Part shown: one piece after another, positions 12,278-25,800 of the stretch | Numbering within the stretch: position 1 is the stretch's first letter | Layout of the letters: every line of letters starts with the position of its first letter | Source: Zygnema circumcarinatum SAG 698-1b | Lineage: Eukaryota > Plantae > Zygnematophyceae | NCBI GenBank assembly: GCA_037447605.1 | Contig: CM074805.1 | Coordinates: 186,001-250,000, forward strand | DNA length: 64,000 nucleotides | Reading direction: 5' to 3' | Translations under genes and position numbers: made by a program | Notes under the pieces: generated by a model | The model's input: the letters and a program-made list of their open reading frames with translations, nothing else | Databases searched by the model: none | What the model was told of the DNA's origin: nothing

Positions 12278-12300
12278 TTAGGGTTTCGCAGGTAGGGTTT
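12278..12300 (-). promoter_or_regulatory. Telo-box-like motifs upstream of the B55 ATG
   Basis: TTAGGGTTT (12278-12286) and TAGGGTTT (12293-12300) equal AAACCCTA(A) on the minus strand; a further AACCCTAA lies at 12515-12522. Confidence 0.4.
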
Positions 12301-12585
12301 GCAGCCAGCCCTGTGATGGTGTGATGCAGGAAGAGCGAGTGGTAGAGAAGGGCAGAGCTGCCTCCGGCCTTCCCGCGCCTCTTCCCTATCTATGCCAAGG
12401 TTGCATCCATGGCCGAGCTGTGAAGTGCCGCGGAAATTAATATCGAGTATGGTGTTGAGACTGAGACTGCCACTGCCTATCTCTGCTTTGGAGCGCACGG
12501 AGACGGAGAACTTCAACCCTAACTTTAGGAATTAGCCGCATTTCTAACCTCGAGAGAAAGGAGCTTCTCAAGAATAGGTTTCAAG

Positions 12586-15500
12586 ATGAATGCCGCCGCA
12601 GCTTCTCCGCCTGCAGCAGCTGCAGGGGTGCCGCCTCCGCTGGAATGGAAATTTGGACAAGTCTTTGGAGAGAGAGCGGCGGGAGAAGAAGTCCAGGAAG
12701 GTGAGATAAGAGAGGCTGGAGTGGCCGTCTAGGAGTTGGTTGCGAGGTTCAGTCCCGAAGGGAAGCTGCTTAGCGTGGAGATGAGGAAGCGGAATATGAA
12801 CTGTCAGGGGGAATTGGAAGCAGCACTTTGAGTGCTTGCTTTTTAGCAGGGCAGAGTTTGGAGGAGTCATGCTTGCGGTCGTAATTGCCGCCGCTTATGT
12901 GAAATAGGTTGGAACAAAGGCACATTTTTTGCAGTTTTCGTGTAGTAAAAAGTGGACGAGATGACAGATCTGGTCGGACCTGGTGCCGATGATTTGTTCA
13001 CTTGAGCTTTTTGTAAGGTGTTCTGGCGGGCCTTTTGCTAGAAGTATTGTTAAACATGAAGTAGAAGGAAGCAGGTAGTTTGATGTGCTGGTCTGCAGCC
13101 TCACTTGATTTCAGTAGTCCTCCTGACGACGTTAGAATGCGAGGATTTCAGGCCCAAGCTGCAAGGGGAGCATCTTGCATGGATCCATTGTCCATTTGTT
13201 GAATTCTTGTGAGGGAAGAGACGCATCTATGGGGTTGGAAAGGCCTGATTTATTTTCTTCAAAAATGAGTTTCAATGAAGCTGCCTATCTGCAAAGTTAG
13301 TGAGCCGGAGTGAACCTGAGCGGCAGTGAGCTTTGTCAAACTCTTCATTTGTCACATTAATGTAAAGCATTCGACGTTGAGACGGCGCGTGGCTGTGTGC
13401 AGTGGACATTATTTCGGCTATTGAGTTCGACAAAACCGGAGAGCATTTGGCCACAGGAGATCGTGGAGGGCGAGTCGTCCTTTTTGAGCGCGTAGACAGT
13501 AGAGATGTGGGCACTTTTTCTCAGAACTCTGCCTCGGCTTGTCCAATGATTCGTCTTGTTGGGTCTAATGCAGGCATCTTTGGCACCTGAATTAGAGTTG
13601 CAGGACTGAAAGGCGAGAATATTGTGTTTTTTGGAAAAACTGAAGGTTACACCTTGCCCAGTGAACCTTTTTGTCAAAATTACCTGCTTCTTTGATTCTA
13701 ACCAATTCTGTGTTTGCAGGCTCGGACGCGGCGGGACCTTGAAAGGTCGGATGTGCCTGCTCAGCGTCAAATTGATTATCGCTATTCAACTGAATTTCAA
13801 AGTCACGAGCCAGAGGTGCGCACCACTCTTGATCCTGCCTGCAGCTCATTTACGCTGTTATTTTGTTCAGGGAAATGGGATTGGAGCCTGCAGCTGTAGT
13901 GTTGGACGGAGTTTTTTAATAAGTTTGAGGTTTTGTTGCTTGACCAAGAAAAGTGGGCTGAGCGAGGGGCTGGTTGCATATTTAAAACTAAGTTACGCTG
14001 CAATTCATGTACAGCTGATGCTCGTGCTGTGTCTTTCCTCACGGTTAGAAAAACCTATTTTAGGTATCTGCTTCATGTGTATCGGAGAAAGAGCCAACTA
14101 AGCGTGAAGCTGGATATTGGGATGGAATTTGCAGTTTGACTACCTTAAGAGTTTAGAGATAGAGGAGAAGATCAACAAGATACGATGGTGTCAGATAGGG
14201 GGTGGGGCGCGCTTTCTACTGTCAACTAATGACAAGACGATCAAGTTGTGGAAGGTGAGCAAAGTCAAAAAAACCGCTTTTGGTCCTAATGGTTGAGAGT
14301 GAAGAAGAGTTTACACAGGAGTTCGAGTGCGAAGCAAGAATAACCTCCCTAATACACAGCACGAAGGATTCTTGGGGAGCCGGCAGGTTTTCGAGAAGAG
14401 AGTGAAGATGGTCTCCAACTTCAACCTGCCACCCGTACGACCTGCAAGTAATTGAACCTTGTCAACCCTCCTCCCATCCTTCCAAGCAGCCACCCCAGGT
14501 CCCTTCTTCAACCCCATAGGGCCTCCTGGTTTGGACTTAACAGAATGGCTGAGGGGCTTGCAGCTGCGCGGCGTCCTCCTGTCTCCATCAATAACGACTT
14601 TGTTTTCCCTGCGGAGGGATTCCCAGCGCTTCGGCTCCCCACGGTAAAGGAGATACTGACTTTTCTTTTCTCTTCTTCTCTTGTTATGCCCTCTTCTCGG
14701 TGTTTCGCATGACTGAGCTTACAATTTATTACGGAATGGGCTGTGCAGGTGACAAGCAACGAGTCAGCCTTGGTCGCTAGGTGCCGCCGGGTGTACTCCA
14801 ATGCTCATGCTTATCATATCAACTCAATTTCCACCAACAGGTAGACAACTTCCAAACTTTAACTATGCATGCATACATGCATTTTGTTGGAGCTTCTGTA
14901 TAGAGCATTGTGGAGCATTCTTATGCAGGAATGTTCATTTTTCGCGTGATTGCAGTGATGGAGAGACATACATCTCTGCTGACGACTTGCGCATCAACCT
15001 TTGGAACTTGGAGGTTAGCGATCAGAGCTTCAATATTGTCGATATAAAGCCTCCAAATATGGAGGACCTTACAGGTATGTTCAAATTGTTTCACTCCCAC
15101 CAGGTGGAGGAGGTTATCCTCTTCTGCCGCTACTTTCACTTCGCCTTCCTGAGCACATGGTGGTTCTTGGTTCTCACTTTTCTCATCATTCACGGCTATC
15201 TACTCGTTCACTCGTAAGTTGAAGATCAAATGCAATTCGGGCTGTTTGGAGTTGCAGAGGTGATCACCTCAGCAGAGTTCCACCCATGGCACTGCGCCAC
15301 GCTCGCCTACAGCTCCTCCAAGGGCAGCATCCGCCTGCTGGACATGCGGCAGTCTGCTCTTTGTGATCGACATTCCAAATTGTATGCGCCCTCAGTTCTA
15401 TGGCTCTGAAGTCTTATGTCTCCTGCATAGTGGGCACTGAAATGATTTGTTTCAGCGTTTCAAAGCGAGAAATGCAGTGACAGTCATGTTCGGATTTCAG

Positions 15501-17373
15501 GCAGAGCCGCTTCTTGATAACGAGATATTGTCGCAGCAGATAGAAAGGTTGTTGTCGAGTCAGACTTTCGCTTTAGCTCAAACCTCTGTGTGTGTCGTAT
15601 TTTTTAACCCCTGCTGTCTTGCGATGCCTAATATATGGACTCTATGGACACACATTATACATATTCAACCCTGATTGTGTTTTGAGTAAGGCCGGTCCCT
15701 TCGAAGATGCCAAATTTGTACAGTTCTAGTCAGTTTACTATTTCTAGTAAAGTAGGCGCATGTAGACTCCGCACTGGTCCTTAGGCCTCAGTTTTTTTTG
15801 AAAAACGGTGCTTTTCTTTTTCAGGTTCGAGGAGCAAGAGGCCCCTGGCAGCCGCTCCTTCTTTTCTGAAATAATTGCCTCCATATCCGATATCAAGTTT
15901 GCAAGGGGAGGCCGATACATCCTTAGCCGGGACTACATGACCATGAAGGTGAGGGCTGTCTCTTATCCTCTTCTAAGCGACAGCCCCTCAATGCAAAGCT
16001 TTCCAAACAGTAATTGACACAGCTTGTGGGTCACATCTTGTCGGAGAGTTCTTCTGGCTCATATATCCGGTTGGAAAATCAAATTTGCTGCGGAATCTTC
16101 ATGAGTATGCCTACTCTGTAAATGAAATATTGCTGCATGCTTGACTGGCATATGCCTGCTGAACCTCTGATCAGCGAAAGGGCCTCCCGACTGTTCTTTA
16201 TGCAGCTGTGGGATGTCAACATGGAGTCCCAGCCTGTGGCCTCATTCAAGGTGCACGAGCAGTTGCGAGCAAAGGTGAGCCTTCAGTCATATGGTCATGC
16301 AATGCTTTCTAGAGTTTTCAGGTTCTTAGGGTTAGGGTTTCTAAGGCTACTGGAACGCTCTTACGCTATTGCTTCGTAAATGTGACATGCTTTTCTGAAC
16401 TTCTTCTGCAGCAAGGCATGAGCCTCAATATCTTAATATGAAGCTGACTAATTGGCCATGTTGAGTCCTGGAACAGCTGTGCGACCTGTATGAGAATGAC
16501 TCTATCTTCGATAAGTTTGAATGCTGTCTCAGTGGAGACGGTTTGCGAGCAGCTACTGGATCATACAGGTGCAATTCCTCCACCTTTTCATTTGAAACAT
16601 CTGGAAAGCAAAGTGTTACTGGAAACATAAGCAAACAAGTCCGCATAACGCATGCGTGCCTTCACGTCTCGGAGCTGATTCATGATATGCATGCATTGCT
16701 TGCAGCAACATGTTTCGAGTTTTTGGAGCCGCTCCTGGAAGCGAGGAGGGAACTTCACTGGAGGCTAGCAAAACTCCAAATAGGTATGTTAATGAGTGCC
16801 AAGCTGGTAATCCTACATGTGCCGATTCGCCTTTCCTTCCTCTTTTGTTTGGTTTTTTGTCTCTTTCTTTTTCTAGATACCGAAGTAGCTCAATGGTTGA
16901 GAGTTCCTACAAACCGAGAAGTTTCTGAGTGGGGGAGTTGTGGAGGACAAATTTGCAGACGGAGAATGGTCCAGACTCCGGCAAGGGGAGGGAACCGACT
17001 CACCACTCTCACGCGTGGGCGACGAGACGCTCGTCGAGGTGATCTCCTTTCTCTCCCGCTCTGTTCGTCCGCTCTGTCCCTCATCTACTTCCGTCCTCCC
17101 CGCCCCGTTCTCTCCCTCTCGCTCTGTGTCTCTCTCTCTCAACTCCCCACCCACTTCTTCCTCTCGCCCCCACTCTCCCAGACACTGACGTGGCCTACCT
17201 GCTGTCGCCTGACCCTTGTCCCATGTGCAGCGGCGGGGAATGAGAGTCCGGTCGGAGAGGTGAATGGAACCACCCAAGACTTCACCTCAAAGCTGCTCCA
17301 CTTGGCGTGGCACCCCTCTGCCAACCTCATCGCATGCGCTGCATCCAACAGCCTTTACATGTACTATGCCTGA
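12586..17373 (+). CDS. B55: Protein phosphatase 2A 55-kDa regulatory subunit B (B55, WD40), multi-exon
   Basis: [124 protein letters not shown] and LLHLAWHP...[10 protein letters not shown]. Confidence 0.95.
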
Positions 17374-18646
17374 AAGCATGCACACCTCCCCAACTTCCCT
17401 CTTCGAGTCCCTTTGCTTCCCGTCTCCCTTCTCATCCTTCCTTCATTCCCCGTTAATTCATTGGATGTCCCGTCAATTCCCTCCCGATTTTCGTCCAATC
17501 CCCATAGCCGGATGGTGACCGGTGCTGGATGCCCTGCTCCTCCACATCCTGCAACGTATGGGAGGGGGCTCTGTACATCACGTCACGCGCCAGCTGGCAG
17601 CCAGTCCCAAGGTCGCTCCCCCAAAGAGAGAGTTGAAGAAAGGTTTATAGGCTGGAACCACCACTCAGCTCCTTTACCCGGAGCAGAAAGTTCTCTGGAG
17701 GATGGTTCTTCAAGGTTGTGAGTAGTAGAGAGAAAGAGAGAGCGCGAGAGAGAGTGAGAGGTAGCGGTAGGGTCGACCGCCGCAGCTTTAGGCTGTTGGC
17801 TTGCTTAGTATGTAATAAGTACTTAGCTCTTGTCTGGTGATTTAAATATTTCAATGAATTTAACAGCTGCAATCCTTGCTGTCGGTCGGTCGGTCAGTCA
17901 GTTGGTGCTCGCCTGCCACTGGTCGCATGCTCACCCTCTTCTTTGTCGCCCCTGCCCGACCCGGGGGAGCTTTTTGTGGTTGTTCCTTGATCTTTCCTTC
18001 GTGAATGGCTTTGGGATCGTTAAGGTTTCCTATTGCGTGCACCTGCTCTCTTTTGAATGAAGGATGAAGAAAAATGTGCGGCACAGGCAGGGGGGCTGCC
18101 CCCGGCCTCCCAATTAGTCGTGGGAAGAACTATTGACTCAGGGCTTCCAATTCCAATTCCAACTGGCGGGATTTCGGTAGCCGCGCCTCAATTCCTAAAG
18201 ATCATATCTAGTCCAAGGAATAATCAACCGTGTGAATGCATTAGCCAACTGAATAAAAGCTTTTTAGCCGCCTAACTGTCGTTTGGGAGGTAATAAAACC
18301 TACGAAAAGTTCTGACTGGACCATTCTGAGAACTGTCACCAACTCTATGTCCGCAACAACAACTATATGTCAGCTCGCAGTTCTGATGCCCTTTAACTGA
18401 ACGGCCCAGATGGCCAGCGAACGGCACGTATCAAATCAGAAATCAGCACTGTGCCGCCCGATTCCGTATGGCAACACAAAAGTCCGTACAGACATTTGCG
18501 GAATTTTTTGAATTTGTCCATGTACGGTAATGACACCCATTTCTGTCATTTTCTGGTCCTGCCTGTGCCCCTAGCGCGCCCAAACGCCCCGCCCACTTAG
18601 TTTGCTACACGTGACGAGCGCCCATTGGCGAATCAAAATGCCAGTG

Positions 18647-18669
18647 ACCGTACGGATATACCGTACGGT
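18647..18669. promoter_or_regulatory. Twin CCGTACGG palindromes in the GTAC-rich region upstream of MOT2
   Basis: ACCGTACGGATATACCGTACGGT, with further CCGTACA/TGTACGG sites near 18484, 18521 and 18737. Function is inferred. Confidence 0.5.
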
Positions 18670-18819
18670 TATGGTGGGCCGTTCTTCCTCCGACACGTGG
18701 ACGAATGTCGGCACACCGCTTTGGTACAGCACAGAATGTACGGAAAGTTGAGAGGACATGATTCTGTTGACTCGGCCCTGGAGGCTGGAGCTGGTGCTGG
18801 GCGGCAAAATTTGGAGGGA

Positions 18820-19005
18820 AGGACAGCAAGGAAAAAGGGACAAGGAGAGGGGGAGGCGAGAGAGGGAGAGGGAGAGGGAGAGGAGGAGAGGAGAGGAGGA
18901 GAGGGGGAGAGGGGAGGAGGAGAGAAGGTGAAGAGACAGCAGGGAGAGAAGGGGAGGTGAGGTGACCACTGAGAGGAGAGGAGAGGAGAGGAGGGAGAAG
19001 AGTGC
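18820..19005. repeat. GA-rich polypurine tract, probably in the 5' leader of MOT2
   Basis: Almost only G/A, with GAGAG/GGAGA units. Confidence 0.8.
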
Positions 19006-19875
19006 TTACAAACGCCTCACCCTATAGCCTGTGGAGCTTTAATCTCTACATGCATTGGTAAGGAGGGGGTAGATCGGACGGTCGAAGGCCGCAAAGCCGA
19101 GGGAATATGTTGGAAAGACAGGTGGGTGCTGGATGCGCTGGGTAAGCGAGCCCCTGTTCCTCTTGGAGATGCATGTGAGTTCTGCAGGAAGAGATCTGGT
19201 TCTTGTTCTGATGACCAATGCAGGAGCAGTATCATATGGTGATTGATGTCAGACCGGGAAGATGAAAGGTCCGTTCCTTGAGTGAAGTAGTGGCGCGAGA
19301 GGACAGATCAGGAAAAAGCCAGGGGAGGAGGGGGGGTGGGTAATGGCGGTGCCAGAAGTGCGCGTGTAAGTTGTTGCAGGTCTACTGTGATGTGAATTTT
19401 GAGCATCCGATCTGTCTGCGTCTCCCTTTTTGGAGGCTTCTCAGCAATATGCAACTGTGCAAGGGCTGAGATACGAGTGAACGTTTCTGCAATTGCTTGG
19501 AAAGTCTGTTCGCTTGCCCACATTTTGCTGCGGAATTGAATGGCCATCTTTAGCAACGTCGTCCTCCTTTCTGATCTATACATCGAGACCTCCTCTTGCT
19601 TTAATGGATTAGGCGGAGTAATGGTCAGGAAGGCGTATCGTGTTTCCTGGACCACGTATCTTGTGCTATTGTCTCCGTATGCTTGAATGCCAATCAGGAG
19701 TTTAGGTTTGCCCTTGTTCTCCTTTGACTTTTTATTTTTCTTAAAATGATGCTGAATATAGTGAGTGTTATGATGTATACCAGGACTGATACGGGTGGGA
19801 AGCTGCAAAGGAAAAGGAGTTGGCGAAGCAACTGAAGAACAAATCCTTTTGCACTGACGGAGGAGTCAAGGCGCG

Positions 19876-22872
19876 ATGGAATCTTTTTTTTATGTTGTTT
19901 TTGGAGTCCTTTTGGTTGCCTGCCTTGGTTTGGAATTATCAAAGAGCAGCAAAGACACTATCCAAGCTTCAAGTGCATTCTATTCTCTGAAGAATAACTA
20001 TCTGCTGGTGTACTCCCTTATGATGGGTACGCAACCATCTCACTACTTGACTTTTGGGAATTGCCATTCTCACTTTCCTTCTCGCTTTATGTTAGGATGA
20101 CGAAGATTATGGCGTCTATCTCCGTCAAGTCAATGGCTTTATGATACGGTTCTTTTGGCGTAGAGTTTATCGTCTCCTTTCAGGTTCTGGAGATGTAATT
20201 TATGCCTGATTTGGATGTCACAGCTTCCAGGATTTTGACTGAGTGCTTTTCAGCCAGACTGAAGTCCGTATGGGAATTGGTTGATCGCAGCGGGAGACTG
20301 GTTGCAAGGCCCATATGTGTACGCTTTATATGCACATTATGGATATGACCGAGGCGCGATTGGCCGCCTATTTATTGCTGGATTTGGCTCTTCTATGGTC
20401 TTCGGAACAGTTGTTGGATCTCTTGGCGACAAGTAGTAAGTATCCCTCAGACGCTAGAGCCTCAAATTCACAGTGCGGATTTGTTTTGGATGCAAATCAT
20501 CACCTCCACATACCGAAGCTGTGGTTAGTATAATTCTTTGTCGTGGATGTTGCTCATCGAAGTCCCAACCTGCTGGGTTCTATGTGAGTTCATACGGAGT
20601 GATCGATCCGTCTCTTATTGATAGGTGTTCCTTGGGTCTGCAGTGGAAGGAAAAATGCGAGTTTATTGTACTGCGTCACTTATATCCTTAGTTGCTTCAC
20701 AAAGCACTTCCAATCCTTTTGGGTGCTGATGCTCGGACGCTTCCTTGGAGGAATCGCAACCTCTCTTCTCTTCTCAGCTTTCGAGTCGTGGCTGGTTGCC
20801 GAGCACTTCAAGGTAAATCTCCTCGGATGTACATTGAACACGGGAAAAACTGCTGCCGCCTCTCTTCCCCTCCTCTGAAACATGCTTCTTTTTTTTTTCT
20901 AAAGGGAGGATCACTGGGATCACTTTTTATTGAGATCGAAACTGACTTTTTTGAGAGCGTGGATGGACCAGAGGGGATTCGAGGCACACTGGTTGTCTTC
21001 AACTTTCTCGAAGGCCATATTTTTGGGTAATGGGCTTGTGGCCATTTTGGCGGGCCTGCTTGCTAATTCCCTTGTAAATAAACCTGTAGATTTGGGGCCT
21101 GTAGCGCCCTTCGATGCAGCAGCATTGGCCCTTGCAGTAGGAATGGTCATCATTCTCAATACTTGGACTGAGAATTACGGAGATGCGTCGGACGGAAAGT
21201 CATTGATACAGCAGTTTCAAGAAGCAGCTTCCGCTATTGCTTCAGGTAAGCGACCACTATCGATGTTGTTTGAACGTGGCATTCGTGGATCTGCCCCACT
21301 TTCTCTGCGTCCTCATGTGATAGTCGTATAGGATCTTGGTATACCTCGTATTCTAGTAGAGGAGTCTTTTTTTCTTTATTTTGATCCGCCAAATTGTTGA
21401 AATTTTAAGATAAGTGAAGCAAGGTTACTGCAGAATTCTCAAGAAATTCCATCCTCATGGGAAAGTCGGAATGGGATGGCATGGTCTGCAACGATGCATA
21501 GGTATCTGACAATAATGTGTTAGGATTTGAAACGAGTCTACACCTCTTGAAGCTCGCCCTTGTAATCACTGGCAGTAGAGAAGCGGACGCAAGTCCAATC
21601 TTCGAATTAGAAGTATCTCTGAAGACTTAAACTATGGGCAAGCAGTAGAGTTAACGAAAAAAAGGGTGGAACGCAAATTGTATGTTTTAATCTGTGCGTG
21701 AATGGGAGTGGAGAGGGAGGAGGACGCTCAGAGGGATTCGGTTAATGGCTTCTGTTTACATTATCTGTTTGTGACCACTGTTCAGATGAAAAGATAGCGC
21801 TTCTGGGTGCCATCCAATCGTTGTTTGAAGGATCGATGTACACTTTTGTGTTCCTCTGGACCCCTGCCTTAAGCCCGAATAATGAGGATATTCCGCACGG
21901 CTTCATTTTTGCTACTTTCATGCTTTCATCCATGATCGGGTCGTCTATTGCTTCCCGCCTAATGGCCCGCGTGACCATTCGGGTGGAGTTCTACATGCAG
22001 AGCGTTTTTGCAGTCTCTGCATGTTCTCTTTTAGTACCAGTATTTGCTTCGGTAAATCCTCTTCCTCTCTCCGTCTCTTTTCTCCGCACTCTGCCTCCCT
22101 TCATAGGGCTGTGTCGTCCCCAGTCAGATAAACCATGCCAATGTCAATTTCAAAGGAAGCGCAGACTGTGGATCTCCACCATCATTAGTAGATCTGGTTG
22201 GTGTCAATGGCTAAAATTGACTGTAGTAGAAGGAAGGCATATCGTTGTTACTGCAGGCACATTTTATGGGTCGATTTCGTAGTGTAAGTTTTTTTTTTTT
22301 TTTTTTTTTAAATGTTGGGTTTCTCCGGGAGTGCTTGATGATGGTTTTTTTTCACTGTCTTTGTCTCACTGCTGCAGTATATATATGTGCCCGTGCCTGC
22401 GGAACCAGGAGCAGGCATTAGCAGTTCAGGCTGCTTGCAGATGGTGGCTTTTTGCGTCTTTGAGGCATGTGTGGGCGTCTTCTGGCCCTCTATCATGAAG
22501 ATGCGGTCCCAGTATATTCCGGAGGAAGCTCGTTCCACAATTATGAACTTTTTCCGCATCCCCCTCAATATCTTTGTTTGTGTCGTACTTTATAATGTGA
22601 GCCCCCTCAAACTTGGCAGTCCACGAGACTCTGAAAGCCTTGAGTTTGGAGAAACTTTCACACTTCGCTGGGACTTTAGGGTTCTCTGTAGCTGCAGAAA
22701 GTCGCTTCGCACATTCAAAGGTGGGTAGGGCATCAAATTTAAGTTTTTGCTTTACGTGAGTTGCAGGTGAGCGCGTTTCCGATCACCGCAATGTTCGGCA
22801 TGTGCACTATCTTCCTTTGCATGGCAATCGTTCTTCAACGAAGGCTTCAGTTTGTCTCCGCGAAACATTCGC
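19876..22872 (+). CDS. MOT2: Molybdate-anion transporter, MOT2/MFSD5 family (MFS); last short exon(s) unresolved
   Basis: MESFFYVVFG...KNNYLLVYSLMM|AGDWLQGPYVY, GRFLGGIATSLLFSAFESWLVAEH, QSLFEGSMYTFVFLWTPALSP, FWPSIMKMRSQYIPEEARSTIMNFFRIPLNIFVCVVLYNV. Traced as far as the donor at 22873. Confidence 0.9.
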
Positions 22873-25800
22873 GTAAGCTGCAACTTCTCACCCACAGCTC
22901 TTCGATTCCGGTCGTCGATTTGCTGGAGTATGAAATGTTTTGTATATGGTTTCTTGAAAAGCCAAAAAAACTGCCTCTAACTGGCTCAATCCACTCAAGT
23001 GCAAGTCGGGATGATGCGGCAGAAGCACGTCTGCTCCTTGGTATGTTCTTGAATGTCAGAATGGGGCAGGACAACGCAAAGATTGTGGAATGGGGAGGGA
23101 ACACGTTATGTGAATGAGAGGTAGAGCATTCCATTTGAGAGGGCATGCCTGGTGAGAGGGAGTGTCGGAGTGCAACAGGCCTGATCCAACCTTGGCCCCC
23201 ATTCCTGATTTTTCTTGGGCAAAGCTTTCCTTCTGGAGTAAATGCTTCAACAATTTTTTATATGGTGTTCAAATGATTTTTGGGCGCTTGGTGCTTCGAA
23301 TTATACGAGCTATATTTTCTGACCTAACATATTGCTTTCCGACTAAATGACCTTCCTATTCCGTGCTCACTCCGTCATGCTATTGTGGGCTTAACTGAGA
23401 CTTGACCTCTCTCACTTGTAAATCAATAGGGATAAATACAACTGTCTACGTATGGTCCTATATACAGAATGCCTGCTGATTAGAGGAGGCTGTCAATGTT
23501 ACAGACTCAAAAATTTTACCACTTACATGATTGTGCGCGTTTCATAGACCACTGTCTATATGCTTCAGCCCTAGTGCACCTTCCCCAGTGTGACGTTTTC
23601 TAGGCTGGACCTTCTAACTTAATTCCCCCTCGCTAGAATACTTTGTCCATCAATTGAAGCTATTTTCTTTACAGGATATAGCTGTATTTGTCCTTTGAGG
23701 GCTTCCAGGCCCTCATATGATACGATAGTGTTCAATCAGTTGGTTAGTGCTTGCTTAAACGGTGCACAATCTATATGCATAGACATGCATACCCCGCCAT
23801 CATGTTTTCCATCTGCTTAACAAAAGGCAAAGCGACTCCCTGACCTGCACCAAGAAATATCTGATGGGCAGAAAATTCTCCCCATTTGCACTCTGGAGGG
23901 TCTCCTGCCACTAGCAAAAGAAATGGCCCTCATGATTCGTCTGTCTACCAGGTACTGCTGAGAAGGTGCAGAATTTTCAGGAACTTTCAGGGCTATTTGC
24001 ATATAGCCTGCTCTGGGTAGAACAGAAGAGGCACTCCTCCAGCATCTCAGCATGTAGAGGATGGCGGCTGGAAGGTCTAATGCAGTGCCTGGCAAAGGAG
24101 AGATAGAATGAAAGTCGAGTTGCACCCTTCCACTGATGGAATTGCTATCAGCGTTCTTCTTGTGGTTCTTCTCTCTATCACATTTTGCACGAGCCTCTAT
24201 TGTCTTTCTCATACGCGACACCCTTTTTTCTCTTCGCTCTCTCTCTCTCTCCCACTTTCTTTAGAACATACATATGAACTGACTTCTCTTCCTACACTTA
24301 CAGCCTTACTTTCTGCTACAGCTCTGTAGGTTGCATTTAGCTATGACGAGCCGACTTTAGTTCTATCTGAGAGGTGGGGTTGAATACTTTTTCTTTCCAA
24401 TTTTGACATTCAAAACCAATGTCTTCCTGGGCAGCTATAAGTGCGCATCGGTTCCTACAATCTATTTTGGGTCCTTTTTTCCTTTCTTCACGGTAGAGAG
24501 TCTGGTTTGAACTCGAAGGCACTGAAGCGCTGAAGTGTAGGTCTGTGCAGCTTACAGTTGTGCCTTGACTGTTCGGTAAGGCCAAGACCGGAAGATGCCT
24601 GTCTATGTCAGGCCTTATGTAAAGTCATGGAAAATCTCCTTTTCTTTCATGGCTTAAGTCGGCTATCGGAACTGCTGAGCTTCTTGTGACAGCTGCAAGT
24701 GGCATTCGAAGTCTAGGAGGTGTGTGGTCGAAGCTCGACCTGGCTTTTAGGCGTGTTCCATGTATGTTTTTTAGTTCTTCAGCGTGCTATTGGTCTGATT
24801 TTCTAGAGCTGCTTCCTCGTGTCGTCTGAGCGTGGAATGGGAGTCCCATGCGTTGGCAGCCTGTTGCTTAGGCCGGCTGGAGCAGCAAAAAAAAGGAAGC
24901 AGCCGTAGGTTTTCTTCGTCTTACTTAAGGGCTTGTCGAGTGCAGGTGCGCAGGAGAACTGGGGAGAGACCAAAGACTTAGATCGTGAAGCGGTGCCTCT
25001 CGTCATGTAAGATAGGCCACGCCGCAGCTCCCACCCCTCCGTCTCCGTCTCTCTCTTTTTCATTCTCTCTCTCCCTCTGGGAGTGTGACATTTATGCCTC
25101 CTGACGCTATTCAAAGGAGAGCAGTTAGGGGCCTCTTCTTAATTTTCCCTTGAGCTAGTGACATGACGTCACAACGCGCAGCTGAACATGGAACGCGCAG
25201 AGGCGGATCGTACCGCGATTTTAACAAGGTACAGACTTGAGAAGCATGTCTCCTGGGATCGGCAATCCCCCCCACAGCTTGTAGCGTGCTGACAAAGCAG
25301 AGCTCTGCGTAGTTCAGCTTCAGTTCCAGGCTTAGTTCCAATTTCTCTGGTATAGGCGGAATGGGCTTAACGCGAAACAGATCGGTACCGTTGCCGCGTT
25401 CGTTAAAATATAAGGATTAAAAAGCCGATCCTCGTATCTGTCCAGTTTTTCATTATTTACTCGGATCGTATTGCCTTCTATCAGCGCCTGCCTTCCTTTC
25501 TCTTTTATCCCCCAGCTCCGAGTCTGTTGCTGGTTCCAAACTGCCTGGAGTGCGGGTTGAGGTTTTCCTACGTCATCGTTGGCAATGCAGTGAGGGAAAG
25601 ATCGGTCCTCTCGGAGTGATGAGGAAGTGCAGGTGGGCACACTGGAGTTGGGATGGTTGCCAACCATTGGTCGACGACCCAGCCAATCTCTGGACTCCAT
25701 GTTTGCCAACCATTGGTTCGAAAAGCCGTCCAAATGAGAGATGGATTTTCCATGTGACAAGCAATGAATATTCCAACAGATATGGTCCACAGCCGGCGTG

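Noticed and set aside
14453-14455. Apparent in-frame TGA in B55 after ...PVRPASN
   Set aside because: It is removed by an intron (donor 14448, acceptor before CTGCGCGG near 14563) that restores the frame.
16879-16960. tRNA-like A-box/D-arm (ACCGAAGTAGCTCAATGGTTGAGAG) in a B55 intron
   Set aside because: No B-box (GTTCRA) or T-arm, no acceptor-stem partner and no anticodon stem; at most a SINE-like remnant.
9098-22872. Functional gene cluster (agmatinase plus metal-anion transporter)
   Set aside because: The intervening and flanking genes are unrelated housekeeping genes; no shared pathway is evident beyond the common promoter motif.
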